Assembly: GCA_963748625.1 (NCBI GenBank)
Contig: CAVVJT010000007.1
Coordinates: 1 to 64,000 of the forward strand
Direction of reading: 5' to 3'
From: an uncultured Chloroflexia bacterium
Lineage (GTDB): Bacteria > Chloroflexota > Limnocylindria > Limnocylindrales > CSP1-4
DNA length: 64,000 nt
Shown piece after piece: positions 30,540 through 40,891 of this stretch (the first letter of the stretch is position 1; each line of letters begins with the position of its first letter). A program made the position numbers and the translations under genes. Below the pieces are notes generated by a model that worked only from the letters and a program-made list of their open reading frames with translations, was not told the DNA's origin and made no database searches.

Positions 30540-31532
30540 ATGACCGAACCCACCCCGCCCATCACCGAGCCCACCCCGCCCATCACCGAGCCCACCCAGC
30601 GCACCCGGGTCACCCTGCCCCAGCTCCAGGCCAAGGCCGCCCGTGGCGAGCCGATCACCTGGCTGACCTGCTACGACTACCCCACCGCCGTCATGCAGGA
30701 CGCGGCCGGCATCGACATGATTCTCGTTGGCGACAGCTTGGGCATGACCATGCTCGGCTTCGACTCCACCCTGCCGGTCACCATGGACGACATGGTCCGC
30801 CACACGGCGGCGGTCCGGCGAGGCGCCAGGAACGCCTGGCTCATCGGCGACATGCCCTACATGAGCTACCAGCCCAGCGTCGAGACGGCGATCCGCAACG
30901 CAGGCCGCCTGATGGCCGAGACCGGCTGCGACGCGGTCAAGCTCGAAGGCGGCATGGAGATGGCGGACCGCGTGGAGGGGATTGCGGCCGCCGGCATCCC
31001 GGTCATGGGCCACCTGGGCCTCACCCCGCAGAGCGCAGGGGCCCTCGGCGGGTTCAAGGTCCAGGGCCGTGACGCCGCCCGCGCGCGCCGCATCGTCGAT
31101 GACGCACGCGTGCTGGAGGAGGCCGGCGCCTTCTCGATCATCCTCGAGCTCGTGCCGGACCGCCTCGCGCGCGTCATCACCGAACGCAGCCAGGGCGCGA
31201 TCATCATGGGTCTCGGCTCGGGGCCGCACGTCCACGGCCAGCTCCTGATCCACCACGACATGTTCGGCCTGTACCCGCGCTTCAAGCCGCGCATGGCCAA
31301 GGTCTACGCCGACGCGGGGGCCGTGATCCGTGAGGGCCTGGCCGCCTACGTGGCCGAGGTCTCGAACCGGACGTTCCCGCAGCCCGAGCACTGGTTCGGT
31401 ATGCCGGACACCGACTTCGACGCGCTGGTCGCGGGCCTGGCCGAGGACGATGCGCTCGAGGCCGCCTGGGACGAGCCGGACGAGGTCGACGGCGACGCCG
31501 ATGCCGGCGCCCGACCTTGGGCGAGCCGATGA
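30540..31532 (+). CDS. panB: 3-methyl-2-oxobutanoate hydroxymethyltransferase
   Basis: LTCYD, LVGDSLGM, GDMP, VKLEGG, GHLGLTPQ. Confidence 0.93.
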   Translation: MTEPTPPITEPTPPITEPTQRTRVTLPQLQAKAARGEPITWLTCYDYPTAVMQDAAGIDMILVGDSLGMTMLGFDSTLPVTMDDMVRHTAAVRRGARNAWLIGDMPYMSYQPSVETAIRNAGRLMAETGCDAVKLEGGMEMADRVEGIAAAGIPVMGHLGLTPQSAGALGGFKVQGRDAARARRIVDDARVLEEAGAFSIILELVPDRLARVITERSQGAIIMGLGSGPHVHGQLLIHHDMFGLYPRFKPRMAKVYADAGAVIREGLAAYVAEVSNRTFPQPEHWFGMPDTDFDALVAGLAEDDALEAAWDEPDEVDGDADAGARPWASR

Positions 31533-32722
31533 CGATCCGCTACGCGCGCCGGATGGACGTCGTCCGGCCGTCCGCCATCCGCGAGCTCCTCAAGCACGGC
31601 TCGGACCCGTCGATCATCTCGTTCGGCGGCGGCTACCCCGCGCCCGATCTCTTCCCCGTCGATCAGCTGCGCGCGATCTACGCCGACCTGCTCTCGGGCG
31701 ATGACCGGAGCGTCATGCAGTACGCGGTCACCGAGGGGCTGCCCTCGCTGCGGGCCCGGATCGCCGAGCGCATGGCCGCCGACGGCGTCGCGTGCGCCCT
31801 CGACGAGATCCTCGTCCTCCAGGGCGCCCAGCAGGGCCTCGACCTCACCGCCAAGCTGGTCCTGGACCTGGGCGACGTCGTGGTGACCGAGAACCCCACC
31901 TTCCTCGGCGCGATGATCGCCTTCAATCCCTGCGAGCCCGCCTATGCCCCGGTCCGCACGGACGAGCACGGGATCGACCCCGACGACCTCGAGCGCGTGC
32001 TGGACGCGACCCCCCGCGCGCGGCTCCTGTACCTGATGCCCGACTTCCACAACCCGATGGGCGTCACGCTCACGCTTGATCGACGACACCGGGTGCTGGA
32101 GCTCGCGAACCGCTTCAACCTGCTCGTGGTCGAGGACTCGCCCTACCGCTCGCTCCGCTTCGACGGCGAGACGCTGCCCAGCCTCAAGAGCCTCGACACC
32201 GAGGGCCGCGTCGTCTTCCTCGGCAGCTTCTCCAAGACCCTGGTCCCGGGGATGCGCCTGGGCTGGGCGGTCGGCGACGCGGACGTCATCGCGAAGCTCG
32301 GGCTGCTCAAGCTCGCCGCGGACACGCAGACGAGCACGCTCAACATGGCGGCCGCGGCCGCGTTCCTCGAGCGCTTCGACCTCGACGCCCACATCGCCGT
32401 CGTCAACAACGCCTACCGGCGCAAGCGCGACCTGATGCTGGGCCTGCTCGAGGAGCACCTCCCGCCGGCAGTCACGTTCACCCGACCCGAGGGCGGCCTG
32501 TTCACCTGGCTGACATTCCCCGACGGGTTCGACGCCACCGCCTTCATGCGCGACGAGATGCTGCCGAAGGCGAAGGTCGCATTCGTGCCGGGGGCGACGT
32601 TCTTCCCGGTGGTCCAGGAAGCGAACCACGCCCGGGTCAACTTCTCGGGCGTGTCCGAAGAGCAGATCGTGGAGGGCATCGGGCGGCTGACCGCACTCCT
32701 GCGGCAGGCGCTGCCCGGGTAG
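31529..32722 (+). CDS. PLP-dependent aminotransferase class I/II (LysN/ARO8-like)
   Basis: SAIRELLK, ISFGGGYP, GAQQGLDL, PDFHNPMG, EDSPY, GSFSK..PGMRLGW. Confidence 0.92.
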   Translation: MTIRYARRMDVVRPSAIRELLKHGSDPSIISFGGGYPAPDLFPVDQLRAIYADLLSGDDRSVMQYAVTEGLPSLRARIAERMAADGVACALDEILVLQGAQQGLDLTAKLVLDLGDVVVTENPTFLGAMIAFNPCEPAYAPVRTDEHGIDPDDLERVLDATPRARLLYLMPDFHNPMGVTLTLDRRHRVLELANRFNLLVVEDSPYRSLRFDGETLPSLKSLDTEGRVVFLGSFSKTLVPGMRLGWAVGDADVIAKLGLLKLAADTQTSTLNMAAAAAFLERFDLDAHIAVVNNAYRRKRDLMLGLLEEHLPPAVTFTRPEGGLFTWLTFPDGFDATAFMRDEMLPKAKVAFVPGATFFPVVQEANHARVNFSGVSEEQIVEGIGRLTALLRQALPG

Positions 32723-32810
32723 GGCCGGCCTGCGCGAGGCGCTGCCCGGGTAGGGCCGGGCCCGCGCCACGACGCCTCCCCGGCAGCCCCGTTCCGGCGA
32801 CAATCCCCGC

Positions 32811-33980
32811 ATGCCGAACCTGAACCAGGACCGCTACCGCACGCCCAACCCGCTGATCAGCCGGACCTCCACGGTCCTGTTCGACAACGTCGCGCACCTC
32901 CGCCTCGCGCTCGAGGGCATGCGCACGGGCGACCCGGCAACGACGACGTACGGCACGTTCCGCACCCCGACGACCGCCGCCCTCGAGGAGCTGCTGCTCG
33001 ACGGTGAGGGCGGCGCGGGCGTGGCCCTGTCGCCTTCGGGTCTCGCGGCCATCGCCATAGGCCTGTTCGCCATGGTCAGGGCGGGCGGCCACCTCCTGGT
33101 CACCGATTCGGCCTACGGCCCCACGCGCGAGCTCTGCGACAACCTGCTCACCGGGCTCGGCGTGGACATCGAGTACTACGACCCGCTCATCGGCGCCGGG
33201 ATCGCGGACCTGGTCCGGCCGGCCACCACCGGGATCTGGCTCGAGAGCCCGGGCACCCACACCTTCGAGATCCAGGACATCCCGGCGATCGCGGCGGCCG
33301 CCCGCGGCGCGGACCACCCCGTCCTCACCGGCATCGACAACACCTGGGCGTCGCCGGGCTTCCTGCGCCCGTTCGAGCTGGGGATGGACATCTCGGCGGT
33401 GGCGCTGACCAAGTACTGGGGCGGCCACGCAGACCTGGTTGCGGGCGCGACGTTCGCCAACGAGGCCACGATGCCGGCGGTCAGGGCCGCCGCACGGAAC
33501 CTCGGGATGTGCCTCAACGGCGAGGACGCGTTCCTCGTGGCGCGCGGGGCGCGGACGGCGGGGATGCGGATCCGCGCCTGCGGCGAGGCCGCGCTCGACA
33601 TCGCGCGACGGCTGGCGGAGCACCCACGGGTGGGCCGGATCCTGCACCCGGCACTCCCCGGTGACCCGGGCCACGAGCTGTGGGCACGGGACTTCACGGG
33701 GGCCTCGGGGCTGTTCTCGTTCGAGCTCCTGGCATCCGACGGCTCGGCGGCGAGTGCGACCGACGTGGACACCTTCACGGACCGCCTGGTGGCGGGTGGG
33801 CATGTCGGACTCGGCTACTCCTGGGGTGGCTTCGAGTCATTGGTGATGCCGGCGCGCTACTCGGGTGTCAAGCGGTCGGTGCGACCGTGGACCGGCGGCG
33901 AGCTGATCCGGCTGCACATCGGGCTTGAGCCGGTGGACGAGCTGTGGGCTGACCTGGTGGCGGCGCTCGAGGCTTCCTGA
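32811..33980 (+). CDS. metC: Cystathionine beta-lyase
   Basis: YG..TPT, SGLAAI, LESPG, DNTWA, LTKYWGGHAD, SWGGFESL, RLHIGLE. Confidence 0.85.
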   Translation: MPNLNQDRYRTPNPLISRTSTVLFDNVAHLRLALEGMRTGDPATTTYGTFRTPTTAALEELLLDGEGGAGVALSPSGLAAIAIGLFAMVRAGGHLLVTDSAYGPTRELCDNLLTGLGVDIEYYDPLIGAGIADLVRPATTGIWLESPGTHTFEIQDIPAIAAAARGADHPVLTGIDNTWASPGFLRPFELGMDISAVALTKYWGGHADLVAGATFANEATMPAVRAAARNLGMCLNGEDAFLVARGARTAGMRIRACGEAALDIARRLAEHPRVGRILHPALPGDPGHELWARDFTGASGLFSFELLASDGSAASATDVDTFTDRLVAGGHVGLGYSWGGFESLVMPARYSGVKRSVRPWTGGELIRLHIGLEPVDELWADLVAALEAS

Positions 33981-34205
33981 CCGACGACCCGATGGGCGGC
34001 GTGGCCTCCCGCGCGGGCAATCCACGCTCGAATCGCCGCAACCTTGCCGCGGTGCGGTACCCTTCAGGCCTGCGCCGCTCCGCCCTGGAGCCGGCCAGCA
34101 CCTCCTGCCGGGAGGTGCGCACACGGCAGTCGGTGCGCCGGTAACGACGCGACCAGGTCGATGCGATCGGCGCTTGAGCACGTCCGGCAGCACAGGAGAT
34201 GTGTA

Positions 34206-34592
34206 TTGGCCCGCAAGCGCAAAGTGTTCTACCCGCCGTCCAAGAGCTCCAAGGGTGCTCCGCCCCCGGTGGCTCGCGTGCCGATCACCCCGCCCACCGT
34301 GGCCGTGATCAACCGCGACGCGATCCTTGGCCGGGCCAGCATCGCGGCCGGGATCTGGGCGACGATCGTGGGCACGGGCGCGAACGCCGGCGAGAGCGGG
34401 CGGGTCGAGAAGGTGGTGCCGGGGGTGATCCCCGCGGCCATCGTGCGCCTCGAGAGTGGCAAGACGCGGCGCGTGCGGACGGTCGACCTGATGCCGTCGT
34501 CGCAGCCGCAGCCCGCGACGCAGTCCACGCCCGCGACGCAGTCCACGCCCGCGACGCAGCCCACGTCGCAGTCCACGCCTGACGCGGGGTAG
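34206..34592 (+). CDS. Small hypothetical protein (KOW/SH3-like), TQSTPA repeat tail
   Basis: AGGAG RBS before TTG; high GC3. Confidence 0.55.
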   Translation: MARKRKVFYPPSKSSKGAPPPVARVPITPPTVAVINRDAILGRASIAAGIWATIVGTGANAGESGRVEKVVPGVIPAAIVRLESGKTRRVRTVDLMPSSQPQPATQSTPATQSTPATQPTSQSTPDAG

Positions 34593-34640
34593 CCCGACGG
34601 GCTTCCGGTTGCCGCGGCCGGTCCCGGCCCAGGCCGGGCG

Positions 34641-36131
34641 TCAGCCCTCCCGGTCGAGCGCCTGTCCGAACGCGAGCACGGCGTCCACCAGCCCGTCCAC
34701 CTCGGCCTCGGTCGTGCGCGGGTTGATGAAGCAGGGCCGGATCGCCAGGCGGCCATCGACCACTGTTGACGACGGCACAAGGCCTGTCTCGCCACGGAGG
34801 CGCTCGAGGATCCGCCGGTTCCGGGCGTCCACCTCGTCGGAGCGGATGCCGGGCGCCGCGCCGTCGGGCAGGTACCGGAAGCAGGCCACGGACAGCTGCG
34901 GTTCCATCAGGAGCTCCAGCCTCGGCTCCTCGAGTGCCCGGTCGGCGACGTGGCGGGCGAACCCGACATGGCGCCGGATGCGGTCAACCACCCCACCCCG
35001 CCCGATCTCGCGCAGGGTCGCCCACACGATGACGCCCCGAGTGGGCGACGAGAGTTCGACACCCTGGTCCGCCCAGCGGCCCCCGAACCCGTCGAACTGG
35101 GACACGGCGGTCTCGTGCGCCCCGGAGAGCGAGCCCTCAAGGTAGGCCGCATCGCCCTCCGCGAATGCGCGCGTGAGGACGTCGGCATCCCGCACGAAGG
35201 TGGCCCCGATGCCCACGCCGGTCGCGAGCCACTTGTGCGGATCGACGATCCAGGAGTCTGCCTCCTGGACGCCCGCGAACAGGCCGGCCAGGTGCGGGTC
35301 CGCGTTCGCGATGAGGCCGTAGGCGCCGTCCACGTGGAGCCACGTGCCGAACCTGCGGGCGATGGCGGCGGCCTCGTCGATCCGGTCCACGGACCCCGTG
35401 TCCGTGGTGCCGCCGAGCGCGACGACCGCGATCGGGGTGATCCCGTCGCGACCGTCCGCGACGAGCGCGGCCTCCAGCTCGTCGAGGCGCACCCGGCCGT
35501 CGGCGTCCACGGGGATCATGGTCACGGCCTGCCGCCCCAGGCCCAGCACGGCCGCGGCGCGGTGCACGGTCCGGTGGGCCAGCGCCGACGCGTAGATGCG
35601 GCCGCGGAACCCGGCCGGGTGACCGTCCTCCCCGGCGTCGACGCCCAACCGCTCCAGCGCCGCCTGGCGGGCCGCGCCCAGGGCGACAAGGTTCGCGGTG
35701 GAGCCGCCCGACGAGTACACGCCGGCGACGCCGTCCGGGAGGCCGCAGACGTCGGCGAGCCAGCGCAGCGACGCGTGCTCGAGCGCGTTGAACGAGTGGA
35801 GCATGTAGCGCTGGCCGCCCACCACGGCCACGGCCCCTGCGGCGGCGGCGGGCACGGTCGCGGCGCCGGTGGTGATGAACCCGGTGAACCCAGGCGCGCT
35901 GATGCGGTTCGCGTCGGCCATCATGGCCGCCAGCTCGTCGAGCGTGGCCTCCAGCCCCGCGCCCGCCTCGGGCAGCGACAGGCCGGGCGCCCAGTCCGGC
36001 GGCGGCGTGAAGGCGCGGAATGGCGGGTTGGCGTGGCCCTCCGTGAAGGCATCGAACGCGGGAGCGAGACGGGCGAAGGCCTCGGCCATGCGCTCGATCT
36101 CGGCGGGCTCGGGCGGCAACGATGACGGCAT
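34641..36131 (-). CDS. Group II PLP-dependent amino acid decarboxylase
   Basis: SGGSTAN, GTTDTGSVD, LHVDGAYG, DPHKWL. Confidence 0.92.
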   Translation of the reverse strand: MPSSLPPEPAEIERMAEAFARLAPAFDAFTEGHANPPFRAFTPPPDWAPGLSLPEAGAGLEATLDELAAMMADANRISAPGFTGFITTGAATVPAAAAGAVAVVGGQRYMLHSFNALEHASLRWLADVCGLPDGVAGVYSSGGSTANLVALGAARQAALERLGVDAGEDGHPAGFRGRIYASALAHRTVHRAAAVLGLGRQAVTMIPVDADGRVRLDELEAALVADGRDGITPIAVVALGGTTDTGSVDRIDEAAAIARRFGTWLHVDGAYGLIANADPHLAGLFAGVQEADSWIVDPHKWLATGVGIGATFVRDADVLTRAFAEGDAAYLEGSLSGAHETAVSQFDGFGGRWADQGVELSSPTRGVIVWATLREIGRGGVVDRIRRHVGFARHVADRALEEPRLELLMEPQLSVACFRYLPDGAAPGIRSDEVDARNRRILERLRGETGLVPSSTVVDGRLAIRPCFINPRTTEAEVDGLVDAVLAFGQALDREG

Positions 36132-36283
36132 GGGCGGCAGTGTGCCCGATCAGCCCGTCGAGGGCGAGTGATGTCACATGTCTGCAATGCGACACGGGTC
36201 GCCCATTGCGGATGACACCTCGCGGCGCCGTCCGGTCTACGATGCGCAACGACATCGGAATGACGTACGGAGGGAGAACCCCA

Positions 36284-36748
36284 GTGACACTTGGACCGCT
36301 CGAGTACATCGTTGTCGGCTTTGCCGGCAACAACTTCGACGGCAGCATCGCTGACGAGATCGGCCGGGCCGTCGAGAGCGGCACCATCCGCCTGGTCGAC
36401 CTGGTCTTCATCGGCAAGGATGAGGCGGGCAACGCCACCATCCTCGAGGTGGACCTGAAGGCCGACCCGCGCTTCAGGGGCTTCGCGAGCCTGCTCGAGG
36501 GCACCGCCGGCCTGTTCACCGAGGAGGACGTCGTCGCGATCGCGGAGACCATCCCGAGCAACATGGCTGCGCTGGCACTGCTGTTCGAGCACAAGTGGGC
36601 CGTCCACATCAAGGCGGCCATGCAGCGCGCGAACGGCTTCCTCATCTCCCGGACGGTCATCGCCCCGGAGATCATCGAGGAGATCGACGCGGAGCTCGAG
36701 GCCGCGCAGGCCGACGTCGCCGCCAAGGCCCTCGGCACCGGCGCCTGA
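36284..36748 (+). CDS. DUF6325/DUF1269-family protein
   Basis: GPLEYIVVGF.GNNFDG.I..E..GTIRLVDLVF; LLFEHKWA. Confidence 0.8.
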   Translation: MTLGPLEYIVVGFAGNNFDGSIADEIGRAVESGTIRLVDLVFIGKDEAGNATILEVDLKADPRFRGFASLLEGTAGLFTEEDVVAIAETIPSNMAALALLFEHKWAVHIKAAMQRANGFLISRTVIAPEIIEEIDAELEAAQADVAAKALGTGA

Positions 36749-36805
36749 GCGCAACCTCGGCACCAGACCTGATCACCGCCTGACCACTCGCAAGGAGTCA
36801 TCACG

Positions 36806-37134
36806 ATGATGATGCGCCGCCGCGGTGCCCCGCTCATGCGGGCCGCCGCCACCACCGCCGTCGTCGCCGGGACCGCCGGTGCCGTCCACCACCACCAGGA
36901 GCAGAAGTACGCCAACCAGGCTGCCCAGCAGCAGGCCGAGCCAGCAGGCGTACGAGGCCGGCGTCGCTGCGCCCAGCAGCAGGCTGCCGCGAGCCGGCTC
37001 CCGTGGCCGTCGAGGCCCCGGCCGCCGGCGGCATCGACATGGAGCAGCTCAAGCAGCTGGGCGAGCTCCACACCGCCGGTGTCCTGTCCGACGAGGAGTT
37101 CGCGGCCGCCAAGGCGAAGCTCCTGGGCATCTAG
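36806..37134 (+). CDS. SHOCT-domain protein, frameshifted
   Basis: RAAATTAVVAGTA N-terminus; LKQLGELHTAGVLSDEEFAAAKAKLLGI in another frame. Confidence 0.8.
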
Positions 37135-37273
37135 CCCTCCGCTTCCCCGCACCGCACAGAGCCCCCGGCCCAGCCGGGGGCTCGTCGATTCCCGGTCAGC
37201 GTCGTGCGGCCCTGTCGACGGCGTCGTGCGCCCCGGGTACCCGGGACCGGCGCACAGCCCTGTCTGCGAGTTG

Positions 37274-37386
37274 CGCCCCACGTGGGGGCCAGATCCGAAC
37301 GTCGCACGCACGAGCCGGGCTCGAAACCCGCCCTTTGGCACGCAGACCACGCTCAGCGGGCCTCGAAACGGCCCACACGTGGGGCG
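37274..37386. repeat. 113-bp element, copy 4 (divergent interior)
   Basis: Same termini and length. Confidence 0.8.
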
Positions 37387-37542
37387 AGTGCAGGAATGAC
37401 CCCGGCCGGCGGGCACGCGGGGCGGGGCTCCGGCAGGGCGGCCCGCCACGCACCCGGCGGGCGCTGCGCGGCCCGCAGCGGCCCGTCGCCGGACCCGGCC
37501 GCACCACGCGGCCGCGCCACGCCCCGGTCAACGGCGCGCGGC

Positions 37543-39711
37543 CTACGTCCTGTCGTCGCGCCCGAACAGCATCCGGAACAGCACCACGAAGCTGACCACC
37601 AGCACCACCGCGAACGCCATCATCGCGGCGTACGCGAAGCCCACGTACTGGTCCTGACCCGGCTGCAGCAGGATCGCCATCACGATCGCCGTGCCGATCA
37701 ACTGGCCCACCACCACGATGCCCGCCGTCGCCTGGCGGGCCAGGCCGCTCACCCGGTCAACGGACCGGTTCAGCTCGGTCGTGTCCAGCTCCACCGTCAC
37801 CTTGCCGCGGTTGAACATGTCGAACCACTTGAGGGCGGCCGTCTCCACGTTCGGGACGCGCCTGGCCATCTCCTTGCCGATGCGCACGGCAGACGACTGC
37901 ACCTGGGCGATGACCCGGTCCGGCTCCAGCATCTCGATCATGGCGGCCTGCGCCTCCACCATCGCCGCCTCACCCATGTCGATCGAGGGCGACAGCGCGG
38001 TCGCGGTCTCCTCGGCCTGGATGACAGCCTTGATCGCGAGCGTCAGCGAGGAGTCCAGCCGGAGCCCGTTGTTGAACACCGCACCCATGAAGCCCGACAG
38101 CGCCCCGCCGATGGACGTCACCCCGCCGTAGACCAGGTACTGCCGGCCGAGCCGGTCGATGTCGGTCCGGAACTGCTTCTCGTCGAACTCCGGCGTGGGC
38201 TTGCCCAGGCCGATCAGGCCGTCCGCGATGCCCGGGATGTCCTTGGACTTGACGGCGTAGACGAGGCCCAGCAGGTCCACCCGCTGCTGTCCCTCGAGCT
38301 GGCCGATCAGCCCCAGGTCGAGGAAGACCAGCCGCTTGCTGGCAGGGTCGGCGAAGACGTTGCCCGGGTGCGGATCGCCATGGAAGAACCCGTCGATCAT
38401 GATCTGCTTGATGACCGAGCGGATGAACACCGCGCCGAGCAGGTCCGTGTCGAAACCGGCCTCGCGCAGCGTGTCGGCCTTGCTGATCTTGATGCCATGG
38501 ATGAACTCCATGGTCAGGACGCGGACGCCGGAGTAGGCGTCGTAGATCTCCGGGACGTGGACCTCGGGGAAGCGACGCATGTTGTCGGCCAGGCGCTTCG
38601 CGTGGTAGGCCTCGTTGGTGTAGTCGAGCTCCTTGAGGACGCCGCCCGCGAACTCGACCACCATGGCCTTGACGCCCACCTTGCGCGCCAGCCCGATCCG
38701 CCGCTCCGCGATCCCGGCGAGCTCGGTGATGACGCCGAGATCCGCCTTGGTCTTGGCCAGGATCTGGGGGCGCTGGACCTTGACCGCCACCTCGGTGCCG
38801 TCGTGGAGCGTGGCCCGGTGCACCTGCGCGGTGGATGCCGCCGCGAACGGCTCAGGATCGAAGCTCGCGAACAACTCCTCGGGGTATCGGCCGAGCTCGG
38901 CCTTCACGACCTCGCGCGCTTCCTCCGCCGGGAACGGCGCCGCCTCGCTCTGGAGCTTCGAGAGCTCAGCGAGCAGGTCCGGCGGCAACGCATCGCCCCG
39001 GCTGGCGATCATCTGGCCGATCTTCACGTAGGTGGGACCGAGCTGCTGGAGGATCAGCCGGAGGCGCTCGCCCGAGCTGACGTCCTGGAGGATGTCGTCC
39101 TCCTTGAGCACGACCTCGGAGAACTTGCGGCGGAACCCGGCCAGCGGCGTCCTGGCGAGGGCGGAGTCGACCGCGACCGCGAAGACGATGTCGTAGACCT
39201 GCTGCAGGCGCAGGTTCTCGATCACCATGTTGCGGCGCGGTGTGGGGATCGACTCCAGGGCCTTCCACATGGAAAGGGTCATCCTGCCCGTGTGCAGGTG
39301 CGGGCGGTTGAGGCCCAGGACCGCCGAGGCAGCGCCCTTGAGCAGGCTGTAGAGGGCCGCGAAGACGATGAGCCAGAGTACTTGGGGCTGGGCCGCGATC
39401 ACGATCTCGGGAGCCAGGAAGGTCGCGGCCCAGATCACGAGCGCGTTCACGATCACGATGAACAGGCCCATCGTGGACAGCAGCAGCCGGCCGGTGAAGG
39501 CGACCACGACCGGCCGGACGATGTGCTCCGACAGCACGAGGAAGACGCCCGTGACGATCAGCGCGGGGATCCCCTTGCCCGCCGTCTGGAACATGGGCAT
39601 CCAGTCCGGCCCGAAGGGGAAGGGCTGGGGAACGGTGATCAGGCTCAGCGTGAACAGCGTGAGGACGACGACGATGGACTGGACAACGACCTCGACCAGG
39701 AAACGGCGCAT
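37543..39711 (-). CDS. AarF/UbiB (ABC1) atypical kinase fused to an N-terminal 4-TM (holin-family-like) domain
   Basis: LGPTYVKIGQ, AAASTAQVHRA, VAVKVQRP, ELDY..EA, FFHGDPHPGN, LDLG; N-terminal VRPVV..TMGLFIVIVNALVIW. Confidence 0.88.
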   Translation of the reverse strand: MRRFLVEVVVQSIVVVLTLFTLSLITVPQPFPFGPDWMPMFQTAGKGIPALIVTGVFLVLSEHIVRPVVVAFTGRLLLSTMGLFIVIVNALVIWAATFLAPEIVIAAQPQVLWLIVFAALYSLLKGAASAVLGLNRPHLHTGRMTLSMWKALESIPTPRRNMVIENLRLQQVYDIVFAVAVDSALARTPLAGFRRKFSEVVLKEDDILQDVSSGERLRLILQQLGPTYVKIGQMIASRGDALPPDLLAELSKLQSEAAPFPAEEAREVVKAELGRYPEELFASFDPEPFAAASTAQVHRATLHDGTEVAVKVQRPQILAKTKADLGVITELAGIAERRIGLARKVGVKAMVVEFAGGVLKELDYTNEAYHAKRLADNMRRFPEVHVPEIYDAYSGVRVLTMEFIHGIKISKADTLREAGFDTDLLGAVFIRSVIKQIMIDGFFHGDPHPGNVFADPASKRLVFLDLGLIGQLEGQQRVDLLGLVYAVKSKDIPGIADGLIGLGKPTPEFDEKQFRTDIDRLGRQYLVYGGVTSIGGALSGFMGAVFNNGLRLDSSLTLAIKAVIQAEETATALSPSIDMGEAAMVEAQAAMIEMLEPDRVIAQVQSSAVRIGKEMARRVPNVETAALKWFDMFNRGKVTVELDTTELNRSVDRVSGLARQATAGIVVVGQLIGTAIVMAILLQPGQDQYVGFAYAAMMAFAVVLVVSFVVLFRMLFGRDDRT

Positions 39712-39957
39712 CAGCGGTCAACCTCCGATTGAGAGCGCACGGCCCCATCGGCCCGCGGCGCCTTCGTCCACGTGGGCACTCGACGTCTCCCCATGCGGGA
39801 CTCGTGGCGATCGTGATCCATCATGCCGGATCGCTCATCACCGGTGATCGTCCTCCCGCGCGACGGGCCTGCCATCCTGCGATCCGGGTGACGCGCGCGT
39901 GACGCGGGTGCGGCACACTCCCGGTGCGACCCCGAGTTGGTGAGCGAGAGGACGACG

Positions 39958-40878
39958 ATGACCGACGAGACGCAGGTGGACGTGCCGACAGCCGACGTGC
40001 CGGAGGTGCCCACGCCCCCGGCGGAAGCGGGGCCTGCCGCGGCATCCGCAACGCCCGAGGCGCCTGCTCCGGCATCCGTCACGGCAGCCGCAGCGACCAC
40101 GGCACCCAAGCGCCGCCGGAGGCTGGGCGGGGTCGGCCAGGTCGTCGGCGTCATCGGCTTCGTGCTGAGCCTGGTGCTGGCGTTCGGCGCGCTCGCCGGG
40201 TCGGCGTGGCTCACGGGGCAGATCGAAGCTGTCGCGGTAACCGTGGACGCGCGCATCGCCGACGGCCAGCCCAAGCTCGACACGCTGTCCGCCAAGGTCG
40301 CCGAGATCAAGGTGACCGTGGACGACGTGGTCGCCCTCGCCGACGGTGCCGCACAGGCGACCGCGCCCGCGGACGGCCTCATCGCCGGCCTGCGCGACCG
40401 CCTCGACGGGCTCGCGAACCGCTACACCGAGCTGCGCACCGCCTACACCGACCTGCGTGAGAAGGTGACCGGCGCCCTGAGCAGCCTGCAGCTGCTGGAG
40501 CGGGTGATCCCTGGCTTCACCGTTCCCCAGGGGCCGATGGAGGCGCTCGCCGCGCTCGACGCCCGGGTGCAGGAGCTCGACACCGCGATCACCGGCGTCC
40601 TGGACACCAAGTTCGACGGGACACCCCTGCGCGACGCGGCTGCGCTCGTGTCCGAGAAGGTCGGCATGGTCTCGACCGGCCTCGGGACGGTGGTGGGCGT
40701 CATCGATGACACCAGCGCCAAGCTCACCCAGGCGCGCGCCGACATCACGGCGGCAGTCTCGCAACTGACCTCGTACATCATGATCGGCGGGGTGCTGGTC
40801 ATGCTGCTCTTCCTCTACATGGCCTTCCTCCACTGGGTCCTGTTCCGGACGTCGCGCGCGGTCGGCCGCAGCGGCTGA
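39958..40878 (+). CDS. Membrane-anchored coiled-coil protein
   Basis: Two hydrophobic segments flanking a helical region. Confidence 0.7.
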   Translation: MTDETQVDVPTADVPEVPTPPAEAGPAAASATPEAPAPASVTAAAATTAPKRRRRLGGVGQVVGVIGFVLSLVLAFGALAGSAWLTGQIEAVAVTVDARIADGQPKLDTLSAKVAEIKVTVDDVVALADGAAQATAPADGLIAGLRDRLDGLANRYTELRTAYTDLREKVTGALSSLQLLERVIPGFTVPQGPMEALAALDARVQELDTAITGVLDTKFDGTPLRDAAALVSEKVGMVSTGLGTVVGVIDDTSAKLTQARADITAAVSQLTSYIMIGGVLVMLLFLYMAFLHWVLFRTSRAVGRSG

Positions 40879-40891
40879 TGACCGCTCCGGC

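Noticed and set aside
29400-33980. SAM riboswitch upstream of the metK-like gene, metC or mtnA
   Set aside because: No recognisable SAM-I or SAM-IV core was seen; the metK-like gene and mtnA have almost no leader, and metC appears leaderless.
34013-34214. Weak inverted ends at 34013-34214 and 59740-59877 as further repeat elements
   Set aside because: The IRs are short and mismatched, single-copy here, and could be chance in high-GC DNA.
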